Positions 1 to 13,172 of a stretch of 64,000 bases of DNA are shown one piece after another (within the stretch, counting starts at the first letter, position 1; every line of letters begins with the position of its first letter). The position numbers and the translations under genes are program-made. Source of the DNA: Camelus dromedarius (lineage: Eukaryota); the NCBI RefSeq assembly GCF_036321535.1, contig NC_087436.1, positions 62,560,001 through 62,624,000 of the forward strand, given 5' to 3'. Below the pieces are notes generated by a model that was not told the origin of the DNA, did not search any database, and was given only the letters and a program-made list of their open reading frames with translations.

Positions 1-1320
1 ACATCATGGTTCTAACATCACCATTGTTCTCAGAGAACTCAGTTCAGTTACAGCTTTCCCTACCATCAGCCTGACCTACAAAAGTGTAACTGACACTGAG
101 CTTCACAAAGATACTCACGATATGACTCTCACCAGCATATGTTTTATCACTTTACCAACTGGGGTGTCTTCTGGGCTCCTTTCTGGAGCCTAATCAGTTG
201 ACGGTTTTTCTAGTCTCGCAAAGTATAGCTGCTCTAACATGCTTGCCTCTCTAAAACTTCTGGCCCCTTTCCCCACTGACTGTCAAGGTAATCAGCAGTG
301 TATCTTCTGCACTTAACACAGGTCATTGCTTTCCCAAGATTCCAACAGTCCTTTTGGCAGTGTTAGCATCCCAAGGTCTTTTCCAGGGTGTTAAATCCTA
401 CATACTAGAAGAATACTCCCAAATCAATAAGGTTTCCCTTTTGCATCCTTATTTTTCACCTACCTTATGATAGCTCCTTTGGAATCTAGTATAATATACC
501 TTTAGAGCTTATTTAAAAACATGGGGACTAGGTTCTACAGCTCCTTTGAAACATAGATCCTCTCCTCCCTCAGTGGCCCAGCATCTCCCTAGTTTCGTTA
601 AATCATAATATGACCATAGTTAACAGTCTCGTGATCAGGAGAGGAAGTGGGGTTAGATCCTGAAGTCTTTGCATCCTCTCCAAGCAAGGGAGGAATGCTG
701 GCCTCTTCTTAAGAAAAGAGAGGGAGCTACCTCTGCATATTTAGTAGGCCCAGGGAGATAATGGAGTTTCAAGGTTTCCAAGAACACCACGTCAGATGTC
801 CATATCTCAGTCTGAGTGTCAGTGTCCCACTTCTCAACCTGACCTTGGCAGAGCAGACTTGTCAGGGTAGAGAAATCATCTTTCTCTGGAGCACTGCTCC
901 TCCTATGATCTTCCTCTGACTGTAGGAGATAAATATCCCTTCTGTGTTGCCAAGAAGTCGCTTTGACTTTTAGCCAATATTGCTAAAGCAGGTATAACTG
1001 ATAATTAATCACCCTCAGCCTTTCATTTTCTTTCTCCAGAGCATCAGTGGCACTCAACATAACTGTCTGATTCCATTGTTCTTGTAATTAGAATGTCCTA
1101 CATTTCTCGAAGCCCTGAGATACTGCAACCACCAATACAATATATTTTGCTGGTGTCCTGTGTTCATTTTCCACATTTGTTAATGTTATAACAGACGTAC
1201 TTACACAGCATGCCAGGGGTTACTAGGGCTCCACCTGCTACCAGTGGTGAGGTCCTGATTGCCAGCCAGTCTTGAAAATATTCTTAGAGATTGATTCATC
1301 AGATAATTCTTGGCACCAAA
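1..1320 (-). mobile_element. ERV-L (class III) internal region: leader plus decayed gag, running off the window start
   Basis: Minus strand near 85-180 translates as PEDTPVGKVIKHMLVRVIS*VSL*SSVSVTLL, resembling the ERV-L gag motif PEDTPFT..RN.LVRGAPASLKSSV. It has several stops and abuts a PBS and an LTR at 1305-1321. Confidence 0.8.
1305..1318 (-). other. Degenerate primer-binding site (tRNA-Leu type) of the ERV-L element
   Basis: Minus strand reads TGGTGCCAAGAATT 2 nt after the LTR end. The TGG start and position fit an ERV-L PBS. Confidence 0.6.
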
Positions 1321-1765
1321 TATATTAGTTCAAGTTCCTTGGAAAAACAGACTTTGAGATGGAGATGTGCATGCAGGACTATTGTAGGGAGGAGTAGTGT
1401 TGGGGATTGCCCTTAGCCTAAATGCTTAGTGTAAAGTAAAGAAATAGGATTGGGCAGAGGGAGGACTTGAACTGTGATACAGTCACAAAGTTCTTAGCCA
1501 GTCCTATGGAGAGTTGGGATGTCCCTTTGTATTGACCCTGAGGCGAATTTGTCACTGTCATTACGACTTCCATTGTTGCTTCCAAGAACCATCCTAGTTT
1601 CCTAGCACCGGTCTTTAGATGTGAGCTCTCCTGGAGGTGAGGGCATAATCTGACAATTGGGTTCTCTTAGCCTGAGAGTTATGTTTCCAGAGGCGCTCAG
1701 CTGGGGGCCGTCTGCCACTAAACATAGGGCAGGTGGGTAACGTAGGGCTCAGTCCGATAAACTCC
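1321..1765 (-). mobile_element. LTR16-like ERV-L 5' LTR
   Basis: Contains aaaacagactttgagatggagatgtgcatgcagg and ggattgggcagagggaggacttgaactgtgatacag, resembling the reverse complement of LTR16A/C. It adjoins the PBS and gag. Right boundary is approximate. Confidence 0.7.
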
Positions 1766-2412
1766 CTAAGACTTTATTTTTTCCCCATCTCCCTTCTCCT
1801 TGGTGTTTACCTGGTTTGTTAATTCAATGCAGTCCTTAGCGTTACCTCTACCTCCCAAGTGACTTTTCACTTGCCACCAGTAATAATGACCCAGCTGCAA
1901 TGACTCACATACCCATCCCCTCTTCCCTTGCTCCTGGATGGCAGGGTGCTGTTGCAGCATATGTAAAATGATGCGGACCTGTCCTGGCGCAGATTCATGC
2001 TGTGCAACTACAGTTACATTTTCACAATTATAAGCACAAACATATGAAATCACCTCAGGCAATGCTTTGACGGTTCCCTAGGGTATTGCTCAATTCTGAA
2101 GAACACTATGAAATAGCTTAAAAAAATATATGCTTGACTACCCAGCAGCAGAATACACAGACAGAACTAAGCCAGGCCTCAAGCAAAGTGAATTCCTTCT
2201 CCAACCACTTGACAATGTTATGAAATGGTAATGAAAGTTATGCATAACTAACAACTTAAAATTCATACCTATTGAAATTTCCCAGTGTAAAAAATAGTGT
2301 TAAATTCATTGAGTAAAACTACAGGAACAAAGAAAAGCCATCTCTTATATTTCTATCTCCCTTCAACCTTGGACATACTTCAGAAGAGAAGAAAATGAGA
2401 AAATACTTTAGT

Positions 2413-2482
2413 CAGGAAATACTTTTGAGCACCTACCATGTGCCAGGCACTATTCTAGGATTTGGAGAAACAGCAGTGAAAA
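2413..2482 (-). mobile_element. L2 3'-end fragment
   Basis: ttgagcacctaccatgtgccaggcactattctagg is the reverse complement of the L2/MIR 3' tail. Confidence 0.6.
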
Positions 2483-4684
2483 GTGGTAGCAGGAAGAAAA
2501 CTCCTGGGTCTTGCAGTATTTTTCACTTGCTGTTCCTCAGTTGTTCCCTGCTCTCTTCCATCTCCTGGCCCCTGTACGTGCCACTCTGTCATTGTTGCAT
2601 TGTCTAACTCGCGGAAACCCACCTCAGCTCAAGTGTAACCATTTTTTTCCTTACTCCTCTGCCTTCTCTAGTAATTTCACCTTTTTAATATTTCTTCTTT
2701 CTCTTTTTCACCAAGTCTTGTTTATACTAGGTTTAAGTTCCTCCATGACCGGAACAATCATATTATTTGTTGTATCTCAAGCATAGGACCTCGTTTTGTT
2801 GGTGCAGTTTGACATAAATGTCTTCAATATGTGAAAGAATTCATATAGGTTGATACCTCTAAAGAGGAAAACAGGAACTGATGTGCTAATAATTAGTTAT
2901 GCATCAGTTTTTGTTTGATCATTTCTTAAGAAGAAAGAAAATTAAGCCATCTATAATAAGAAGAGAAAATACATTTTATCTCACTTGTCACTTTCAGTAA
3001 ATTGGTAATGATTTTCTGGAGTACTGACATGAGAAAAAAATCACAGCTGTGCTCAGATTCAGAGGGAAGGAGTAGCGTGACCCATTACGTAAGCTGGCGA
3101 TGAGCGCCTTTGAAGGGAGATGCCCATTTCTAATCTCTCTGTCTCTCTGGTCTCTTTCTCTTCCCCATCCCCGTCTCCCTCTTCCTTCCCTTCTTTCTTG
3201 CTCATTTACTTTCTAGCACCTTTCTGTGGATTACAGTAGTAAAGGAGAGAAAAAGAACACCATGTTTTATGATGTATTTCCTTCTTTGGAAGAAGGAAAA
3301 CAATTCAACTGAAACAAAACCAAAAATTTTTGTGGTACAAAGTTTTAAAAGAAATTTATATTGTAGATCTTTATGTAATGCAGTCACAGTAAACTGTGAG
3401 TTTGTAGAATGCACAGACATCTTCAACAACTGACTCTCCTTGGTCTCTTTTCTCTGATACATTTCCCCTTCACTCTGTTTCAGAAGTCCCTACACACAGA
3501 TAAGCTCTGTCACTAAGAAGAGCTTTATCTACCAATTTGAACTAGGAAAATCTCAGACCACAGCCTCCTATCCTTCCAACTCTCACTCAGGTTCTTTCTA
3601 AAACTGCTGGTTTTAGTTCTTCCCTATTTCAAAAGTCTGCCACCCTTTTCTGACTTTATTTTCTTTCTTATTCCACATGGAAACTGTAACTAGTCTCTGC
3701 CCTCCATTTAATAGAGAAATTCACATCTCTGCAAATCCCCTCTGTTAGAAATACATAAGCAGACAAGAAATGTGTTCCATTTGGTTGAAAGCAATTTCAT
3801 TCACAGTCTTTATTTCTTATTTCACATATAGCGTGGTAGCAAATAAATAATGTGGCAAAGGACAGGTATATAGAAAATGTTTGTGGAATAAAGAAAGAAA
3901 AATCATGTAGAGTTTTAATCAAGTATCACATAACATTAATTAACATTACTAACACTATATTTTTATTTTAATATTTTATATATACTTACGTATAGAGTGT
4001 TTTTCATACTCAATCACACCTGAGATTTAAGATTTTTTATCTTCATGTTTAACTATCAGTACCCCTCCATCTGTTTTCAACAAGGTGAAAGATATAGCAC
4101 AGATCAGTGACTCAGTGCAGCTGATAACTTCCATTTTAACTCCAGAGATGATAGTTTAGGAGTGGATTCGATACTCATTCTACAAATTCAGAGGTGACAG
4201 AAATTTAATTTAGTTTTTCTAATCTTGAACTTAATCTCACAATCTAGCCCTTGTTTTATTGGTCATGAGAACTTGAGTTCAGGTAAGAATTTCTCTCGGC
4301 ACTTTCCTTTTCTTTTAGGCCACAGTTAAAAATGAGGGCCTTACATCCTGCAGCAGTCAGTGGGGGAGGGGAGCCCGAGAATCCTGCTGTTGGAAACTGT
4401 ATGCTGTCAAATGTTGAGCAGCACTTCACTCTACTCTCAGGTGCTGTTGGGAATACAGTGGGACACCTGCTCAAAAACACGTCTTTCCAGTGTTTTCTCT
4501 TTTTCTCAGTGTTTTCTCACCTTCTTAGATACAAAGGAAAACTGTATTTCTCCCAATGTACTTGGGAGCTGAAGGAAAGAGTGAAGTTGTATAAAGCTCC
4601 TCATTAACTTCATGTTCATCTTGCCAGCAGTGGTGTACATCTAACGCTGTTCACATCACAGTGGGATAGGAATGAGCTCTATGA

Positions 4685-4873
4685 CAAGATTTCTCAACTT
4701 TGGCACCCTGGGCTCTCTGGGCTAGATAGCTCCTTGTGGTCCTGTGCACAATAGGAAGATTAGCATTATCCCTGGCCTGGATCCACTGGACTCCACCCAC
4801 TCCCCCTACACACAGATCTTTACAATTAGAAAGTCTCCAGCCATTGGGAGTCACACCCAGTTGAGAACCACTG
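4685..4873 (-). mobile_element. MER20-like hAT-Charlie non-autonomous DNA transposon
   Basis: Terminal inverted repeats caagatttctcaac ... gttgagaaccactg. Internal gtcctgtgcacaataggaagattagcattatccctggcct resembles the MER20 reverse complement. Confidence 0.8.
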
Positions 4874-5102
4874 CACTCTTGAGGACACATTCATTCTGTA
4901 CTGCTCCCCACCCCTTCAGTGACAGAACTCTCTAGATCCTTGTTAACAACCTGGATTCTTCTTTGGGAACTGGGAGTATAAATCTTCTCTCATCCTTGAC
5001 CCCCTCAGATCTATCCTTTACCCCAAAGACTGTATTTGACTTGGTAGGGCCTGAGGTTCACAGAAATTAGATCATCATGCCCAGTAGACATACAGGACCT
5101 AA

Positions 5103-5198
5103 CTTTTCTTTTCAACTCCCTCTTTTTCCTCCCTTCCTTTCCCTTTCCTTTTTTTTTTTTTTTCTTCTTTTTTTTTTTTTATCTCCTCTTCTCTTCTT
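5103..5198. repeat. Pyrimidine-rich low-complexity tract with poly-T runs
   Basis: Directly visible (CCTTT/T)n. Confidence 0.85.
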
Positions 5199-5756
5199 AT
5201 ATATCAAATACCATTCTCAGTGATTTACCTGATGGGTACAACTTGGGGTTTGAATATGAAAGATGAAGAATTTGACTCTTTTGTCTCCCCAGGGGAAATG
5301 AATACTGTGGCTCAAACTGCCCGATGATAGAAAGAATTAAAGAAACATAGAATACTGATGAAGGAAGTATGCATTAATGTCTCAAAATGTAATACCACTA
5401 CTGCCTTCTGCAGCTTAATTACCAGCAGATCTGACGTATATTTTCAGTTCTGATTTTATTTAAAAACTAAGAAACATCTGAGTGCACAGAGATCAGTTTC
5501 AGGACATGCATATAGTGTGGTATTACATGACAATTGAAAGGGGAGATACTGGCCTGAAAATCAATTTTGCCATACTGGGAGTGATCATACTGCCTTCACA
5601 TGGGCTTTTGTCAGTGTTACTTAATTATGTTACCAGCAAGAGATCCAAATGGACATTAAATAATGTTAATCCAAAATTGATATGTGTGTGTACAACAGAA
5701 AAATGGTGTTAATTCCTTTATTTGTTTATTTTGAGAAACACATATACAATCATTAT

Positions 5757-6220
5757 TTTGGTTATCTGTTGCTGAATAACAAACCACCTCAGAACTTAAT
5801 TACTTAAAACAAGAGCCAGTTTCTGTCCTCTATGATTTTGCAGGATAACTGGATTTGGCCCAGTGGTTCCTATGATATAAGTGATGTCATCTGAGCTTTA
5901 CTCTTATGGGAGCTCAACTGGACTGGACCATCCAAAATGGCCCACTCATATGACTCATATGGTTGTTGGCTGGGAGCTCACCTAGAGCTGTTGAATACAC
6001 TGCTTTGGTTATACCCACTTGGCCTCTACATTTGGCTTGGGCTTCTCAGAGCATGGAAGCTGGATTTGCAGAGACAAGAGGCAGAAACTGCCAGTCTTCT
6101 TATGGCCTGGGCTTTGGGATTCCAGAACATCACTTTTACTTCATCCTATTAATCAAATCCATTTGCAGACTCTAAAAGGAGTATGAATTTCTGGGGCCAT
6201 CTTTGGAGACTAGCAACCAA
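5757..6220 (-). mobile_element. MLT1 (MaLR) solo LTR, old subfamily (about MLT1H-K)
   Basis: Starts gttatctgttgctgaataacaaaccacc, has internal tccaaaatggcccactca, and ends ggggccatctttggagactagcaacca. All are typical of reverse-complement MLT1. Confidence 0.7.
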
Positions 6221-6959
6221 TTATTTTAACAGCACATGCATTGAACAGTGGTTGTATTCATGAAGAATTAAGCTCTATAACATTTTATTTTTTAAATAAA
6301 TGCTTATTCTCCCAAAAGTCATATAATATTGCTCAAATGTGTCATTCTTTGCTTTTGTGCCTATTCTGTGACAATGTAAATGTTTGAAGTTACATATGAA
6401 GACATGATTTCTGATTGCATGTTAAGATTTGTAATGTTTCTTATACTCTGGGGGATGTTTGATTCATTTGTAATGGAAATACTGACTCCCTTTGCTTTCC
6501 TCCAATTCAAAACATGTTTGAATTGTTTTCAGTTTTAAGGTATCATAAGTAAATTCTCATACACTGCTATAAGGATTATAATTTCATGAAACCATCCAGG
6601 AAAAATGGTTGGCAATATCTATTATAGCTAAACGTAAGCCTGTTTTATGACCCAGGGTTCTACCTCTGGAGGTACCCAATAGAAGTGGGATGATTATTTT
6701 TTATCTTCTAAAGTTTAAATAGTCAAAAACAAGTCAAAGTTTAATTTTTGGCTTATGAGCTATCAGCTTAAGATAATCTTAGTTAAAAAAATCTAAAAAG
6801 TTTTTAGAAAGGATGCATTAAATGCTTCCATAATTTTACATTCTGTTCTCTTCTTTGGGAGATTAATACCTTTTTTGCAGTTGACATAATAGATCTCTGC
6901 TTTATATTAAAGAAAAGAATAGAGATTTAGTCATGACAGTGTCAGTAACTATGATGACA

Positions 6960-7425
6960 TTGTAATTGTATGCTACTTGCAAGCCCACACATTAGCTTTC
7001 TGCAGTTTCATGAATGCTGGCAGAGGTCAAAGACTCCAGGATCAAAGGAAAAAGAGTTGATTACTGATGGTGCATTGAGCATTCTGAGCTTTGTGCTTGC
7101 ATTGGTTCCCCTTGACCTCCAAGTCTAATGGGGTGATATGAAGAGGCCCAGGTGTATGCTGTGCATATAGTAGGTTTATATCATAGCTAAGGAACCCTGA
7201 ATTTAGGAAACCCAAATATTTTATAATGGACTTGAAGAAAAAAACTATCCAATCTTTGTTCCAGAGGGGACATCATCTTTAGTATATAGTCAATAAACTT
7301 GCCATTTACTCCAGGGTGAGACTATGCACACAACCCTAGAAGAAAAGCCCAAACTAAGGCCATCAGTGCTTTTGCTGGCAAGAGATACAGAAAGAAAGAG
7401 ATCCATGGAAAATTATGTACTAACA
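6960..7425 (-). mobile_element. ERV1-class solo LTR (MER110/MER89/MER90-like)
   Basis: Contains ctacttgcaagc...cagtttcatgaatgctggcagagg...gactccagg and ends catggaaaattatgtactaaca. It is similar to the copy at 42280. Confidence 0.55.
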
Positions 7426-8258
7426 GATAGAAGGTTAATTAGTGCTTTTACTATTTTCTCTGTTCTACAATTATTGAAAGTTTTGATTAATAACTGTCTT
7501 TAGTTATAGCTCCACATAATTTATAAGAGCCTATAGAGGAATTTGTTTTCCTTTTTTTTTTTTGCTAACTTGTATGAGATTATTTTATTTACTGAATAAG
7601 CCCATTGATTAATACCCTCTAAAGTCATGTGCAGAATTGACGAGGTATCTTTGCACTGTATGTCAAGTAGTACGCTGACAAAAGATGTTTGTTAATCATA
7701 GCAAAAATACTGAGTATACTTTCAAGCTTATAAACGAGCATAAATATTTTATTAGTTTGCCTTAGAGTGTTCTGAAAAGTATTTCAAACATAGGTGGGAA
7801 ACCACTAAATATGGAGTCAGACAACAAGTTTTTACATACTATCTCCTCCACTAAAAAAGCGATTTTGCCTTAGGCATATGACTTTTCTAATAGTTATACT
7901 TCATTTTTCAAAATAGAGAGGGCATGACAGTAAGGATCCCATGTTTAGACTCTGGAATAAGTTACCAAGAATTGAATTTGATTCAGTCATAACTGTTAAT
8001 GATTTGGCTTAGATAAGCTTCTTGGTCTCTTTTTGTTTTTCACCTTGTTAGAATAGCACAATGTCTTAAAAAACACATCTTTAATAAGTGTCAGTTTGCT
8101 GAAATGTTTAGTACAGACCTACAAGACTTATTATGAGTTTTAAATGAATTAAGTGTGGGACAAGTGGAGAATATTTTGGATTATATACTATGTGTATACT
8201 AAAAGTTGATCAATTTATCTTTCTAGATTAACAGTCAATCAGAATTATATAAGTAATG

Positions 8259-8260
<2 letters not shown>

Positions 8261-8296
<36 letters not shown>
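8261..8296. repeat. (AT)18 microsatellite
   Basis: Perfect dinucleotide run. Confidence 0.95.
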
Positions 8297-8300
<4 letters not shown>

Positions 8301-11300
8301 GTATAATCTATTTTGGTATCATTCTTATTGGCATGCTGTCTTATATATTTGGGCAATCATAAAATTAGAAGAGGAAGTCCTAGGAATTTACACTATCAAT
8401 TCCTGTTCTAAAAAAAAATTCCTATTCTAAAATATCTGAACTGACTTATAATGCCATTTGAGATTTTTTTAAGAAACTATCATACCATATTAATGTATTA
8501 TATTATGTATTTAAAATTGAAAATGACATGTGTAATGACAGTGTTATATTGCCTTAGTTTACTTCGAAATGCTTCAGTATACAGAGTTCAACATAAATGT
8601 GTATATGCTGACTTTTAATCTACACTTTTCAGAGAGCTTACTTAATGGACGCAGAAACGCACATTCCAAAAGTGGTTACTTGTTATTTGAGCAATTCTGA
8701 TTCAGAATCCACGCTTTTACTTAGTCACACTTACTCATTGTTAGCAAGTTGGTGAGCATGAGGAAGAGAGAGGATGGAAGAGGAGTGGAGGCCGGGGCTA
8801 AGGGGATGACTTCCTGTTCCCTTTTTGCTCTTGTTTTGTGTTAGCACACTAAGAGGCTAGGAGTTGGGGCAGTAGCAACAGCCCAAAATAAAGAAGCTGA
8901 ATGGGTAGGGAGTAAAGTTAGAGAGGAAGAATCACCAGTGACAGCCAAAAAGACCCAAAGAGAGGGAAGCTGAAGTCCCTGCTGAACAGTATCCAAGGTC
9001 CAAGTGCCTAAGTTTGAAGATCCTAGTTTATTAATAATGGTTGGAGAACTTTCCACAAGTTTGGGAGAGTGATTTGCAGAGGAAGGAAATGTTCCCTCTC
9101 TCCCACCAATCCTTACTTCGATAAACTATGTATTTTCTCCTAGTGAAGTGAAAAATGAAACAAAAAGAATGGAAAGCTGTAAAGGTGTCGCTGAAGTAAC
9201 TATCAGTGAAACGGAAGATACTATGGCATGGACCTTTGGTGAGACCCTTCTTCACCAGGCTGGGGCAAGAGCAGGAGAAGGGGAACGCTTATCAAGGAAC
9301 CCACTTATAGTCACCTAGGTTTGGCTGCAGGCACACTAACACAGAGTTTATCCCTGAAAGCAGGAAAAAGCTTTACTGTATCCACACATCTACCTATGCT
9401 AGAGGGTGGTAATTGATTTATCAGCAGTTTACTGTGTTCTTCTCTGACATGCTAAATAAGGATAGCAAAGGTCCAAATCAGTTCACAATTTTCTGCCTAG
9501 GGGCTGACAGTGATGAAACTAGCTCTGTGGAGTTAGCAGTAGTATCAACAACTTCATGCTTGCTTTAGATCATTGTATTCCTATCCAGCCAGACACAACT
9601 GACCTTAACACTGCCACTATCTCCTATACTATTTGCATTTTGGACTCATCCATTAGTGATCTGCTAGCTGCTTGAAATTTTTTTTACCAGTTTTCACTTT
9701 TACCATGACTGCCTTGTCAAATGTGCCTTTCTCACTTTGCCAGTCCACTGATGTGAAACAAAACACAGATGCAACAGATACCAGCTAGCAACATTACAAT
9801 CACTTCCCTCTTGTGTCCTCAGAAGACACATGTGAATTTGTACAGAGTGCTAACACACTGAGTGGTCTTTTCAGATTGTTCCCCACACCTCCCTGGATCT
9901 CAACCATAATTTTATTGTATTGCAACTTCTTAGTAGACACTGCATACAAAAAGGCTACAGAGATGGTGATTTAGGCAAAAGTTAAAACTTAACATTATCT
10001 CATGCAAAATGATTATCAGTAATTCTCATGATTCCTGGCTTGATGGCAAGAGACTAATTATATCAGCATTAGAAATACTTTGATTTTTCTGTTCTAGATA
10101 TGTGAATTGGCTCTAAATATTCTTCAAGAACGTTTGCCGTTGTATAAACAAAAATATAACAATTGCTACCCTTTGCATTGGTGCTCTGCACATAGGACGT
10201 TCATCTGATTCTTTTTTTTTCTTGTTGTTTTTGCAACATAATGGTGAATTCTGTAATGACATTCCAACTAAAGGTTAGCTGGCTCCTGCTGCTAAAATAT
10301 CATTGCATGTGTCTTGAATCAATCATACAAAGTGCTTAGGAGTGTCTGCAACTTTGCTGAGCTCACAGGAATAAGATGTGTTACTTAATTTTCGCCTGCT
10401 TGCTGGTACAGAATACATTCAGAGACTTGCTCTCATCTGGTAGCAAGATTGTGGGAGAGTCGAATTAGAACCCTCATCTCTAATTTCTAATGCCTATGAA
10501 TATCTACCAAAAGAGCCCAATATTGTAAATGGCCAAACTGACTTAGTTAAGTTCACAAAAGCTAGTGTCATGATGAATACATGGCTGATGAACAGACTTA
10601 ATTGACTGGCAATGCACCTCCCAACATGGAGGATACCTTATTAAATTAACTGTATTCCAGACATTTGACTTGAAGCTTCTAAGCACAAAAACATAATTTT
10701 TTCTGTCTTTTTTTCCCCCAAAAAATGAAATTATACATGATTCTCAGGGGGAGAAATTATATTACCCAGTTTCACATAGAATGGTATTATAATCCAGGCA
10801 GAACTATAGTCCAGTAATTTGCAGTCAGAAAATCAACTATCCAAGAGACTAAAATGTTTGAACAATGAAAGCAGCACATTCTTTACCCAGTGGAAAGCTT
10901 CATGGTCAGACATATTATAATCAGAAGTTGAAAGCAGAAACAGAGCTGCAAAAGTTAGTGGGCTAAGCCAATATCTGCAATAGTAATACCATAACCCACA
11001 TAAAGACCCAAGCATTCATATTTCAGTCCAGGTGACTTGTCTTTTGAAAATACAGGAATGAGCACAAGGAAATCTCTGGGTGGTTGGATTATCCTTTTCT
11101 ACGAGACCATTTAACCAACTCCAAGCATAGTATTTCCCTAAACAGGGTCAGTATCAATGATCAGATTTTCTGTAATTAATTACCATCACTCTGAGGTACA
11201 ATAATTACTTTAAATTATAATTCCAGATAATAGTTCCATATAGCCTAGTTGATATGCTAGGTATTTATTTATAAATGTCTCAGGGAGACACTTTGTCTAA

Positions 11301-12929
11301 ATTGTTTTAGTCCCACTACCTGCTTATAACTGAATGAATAAATAAATTTGACCAGGGTAAGTCTTAAAATCTACTTGAGTTCCTGTATTTTTCACATTCT
11401 TAGGGGACCCCACACTGTACTACACAGATAATAACACAGCGTTTTATTGTGCACAAGTAGATGATCGATTTATATTCTGATTCAGTCCTTCTCAAGGGCT
11501 CCATGTCTTCATTCTCTGTTTAAATCTTCTTTGACTCATTTTCTTTTCTTCTTCTTGTGGTTTTCCCAGAAATAGTTTGAAGATAAGACAGGAAGATACT
11601 AATTGGCATGAAAAATCATACAATTTATAGAATACAAAAGAAGAAGGAAAAACATATTGTCCTTATTTCCCTTTCTGTGATTCTTCTGGAAAGAATGGCA
11701 GTAGACTTGAACTCTTTTCTTACAATTTTTATCTATGACTTATTTTAAATATGTTTACAATTTTGGTCATTATATATTGTCACAAGTCAGTTACATGACA
11801 GTTTGACCATGTCTGGAGCTGCAAAATCAGTGGCGTGTTCTCATCTTGATCCTCTCAGAATGCCACAGACAGCTCAGAGTTTACCACTGTCTTGCTCTCA
11901 GTCCTCATGCTGCCAAGAATGTTTTTTATGTTTTATTAAAGTGTAACATTCTTCTGATTGTTAAATCTGCATTAGGATAGAGTCTGAGACCAAAATTTCC
12001 TGACGAGCCTCCTATAGAGTATGTCACAAGTGATGGCAGACACAGTAATGTTCACAGCAATATGGCAGCTGCAGAGGGAAGCAAATGATAAGCTCTAAAA
12101 ATGCCAATTTTGACTTAAAAAGCTATCTATAATTCTCACAAGGTAAGAACCCTGCCTCACCACAGAATTTTCGGAACAATATGCTGAGGAATATGGATTC
12201 ATATGCCCTTGAAACCGACTCTGAAAAAGTCTGCCTTAGAAACAAAGATCATGTAAAACACTCTTTTGTTTTGGCCTCTAAGCTCTAATCAGACAGAAAG
12301 CAGCACATTTTGAAGAGATGGTTTGCTTTTGAACCAATTACCAGTATCAATCCCGTAGGGAACTGACCTTTGCAAAGAAATTTTCAAACAACTCTTAAAG
12401 GTGTCTCATGGTAATCCCTTGCCAGACAGAACCTTACTAAAGTACAGGATGTTTAGAATTTTCATGTCTCACGTAAAAGAATATCATAATGCTATGGATG
12501 ACTGTGTCAACTGGGGCTCATTAATTCTGATCACAACTATAGTTTAAAATCCTTAAAGCCCAAAGTGACTACAAAAAATGTAACCAGTTTCATAGACAAA
12601 TCTCCCATGTTGCACAAAATATTAAATATTTTACCTAAATGTTTCATATTGTGTACTTTTTCTTTGTGTCTTTCATTTTAATAAATGCTTCATTTTTTTT
12701 TTTAGTTTTTCAAAGAGACCATACGAACCATTTTTTAAAAATATGTATGTATGTGCATTTTCTTTAGACAATGTTCCTAGATCTCATTAGATTTGCTAAT
12801 GGACCTTTAACAGTAGAAGTTAACAAACTGCAGGAAAATATTTGTTTTCTACTTAGAGATTATTATGATTTCTGCTGGTTGTACTCAATAAGATTTCCTT
12901 TCCCCATTTCCTTTTTGGATAATAGGATA

Positions 12930-13172
12930 ATGCAGTTGTCTATGCTTAGACTATAGTCCCTGGAGTCCAGTTGTCTGGCTTTGAACCCTGTGTCATCACT
13001 TAACATCCTGTGCAGCTTTGAGGAAGCTACTCACAGATTCGGATCCACAGTTTTCTCACCTGCACGCTGAGGGTAGTAGTGATATGTAGCTTCATGTGCT
13101 AATTATGAGGATTAAATGAAGTGGTATTAAAGCACTCAGGTCGATGCCTGGTGTATAGTAGAAGTTCATTAT
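12930..13172 (+). mobile_element. MIR SINE
   Basis: MIR core cagttttctcacctgcac...gaggattaaatgaag and tail gcctggtgtatagtagaagttca. Confidence 0.75.

Noticed and set aside
1766..2786. ORFs of 70-98 aa as host-gene exons
   Set aside because: No recognisable domain or coherent splice frame, and one overlaps an L2 tail.
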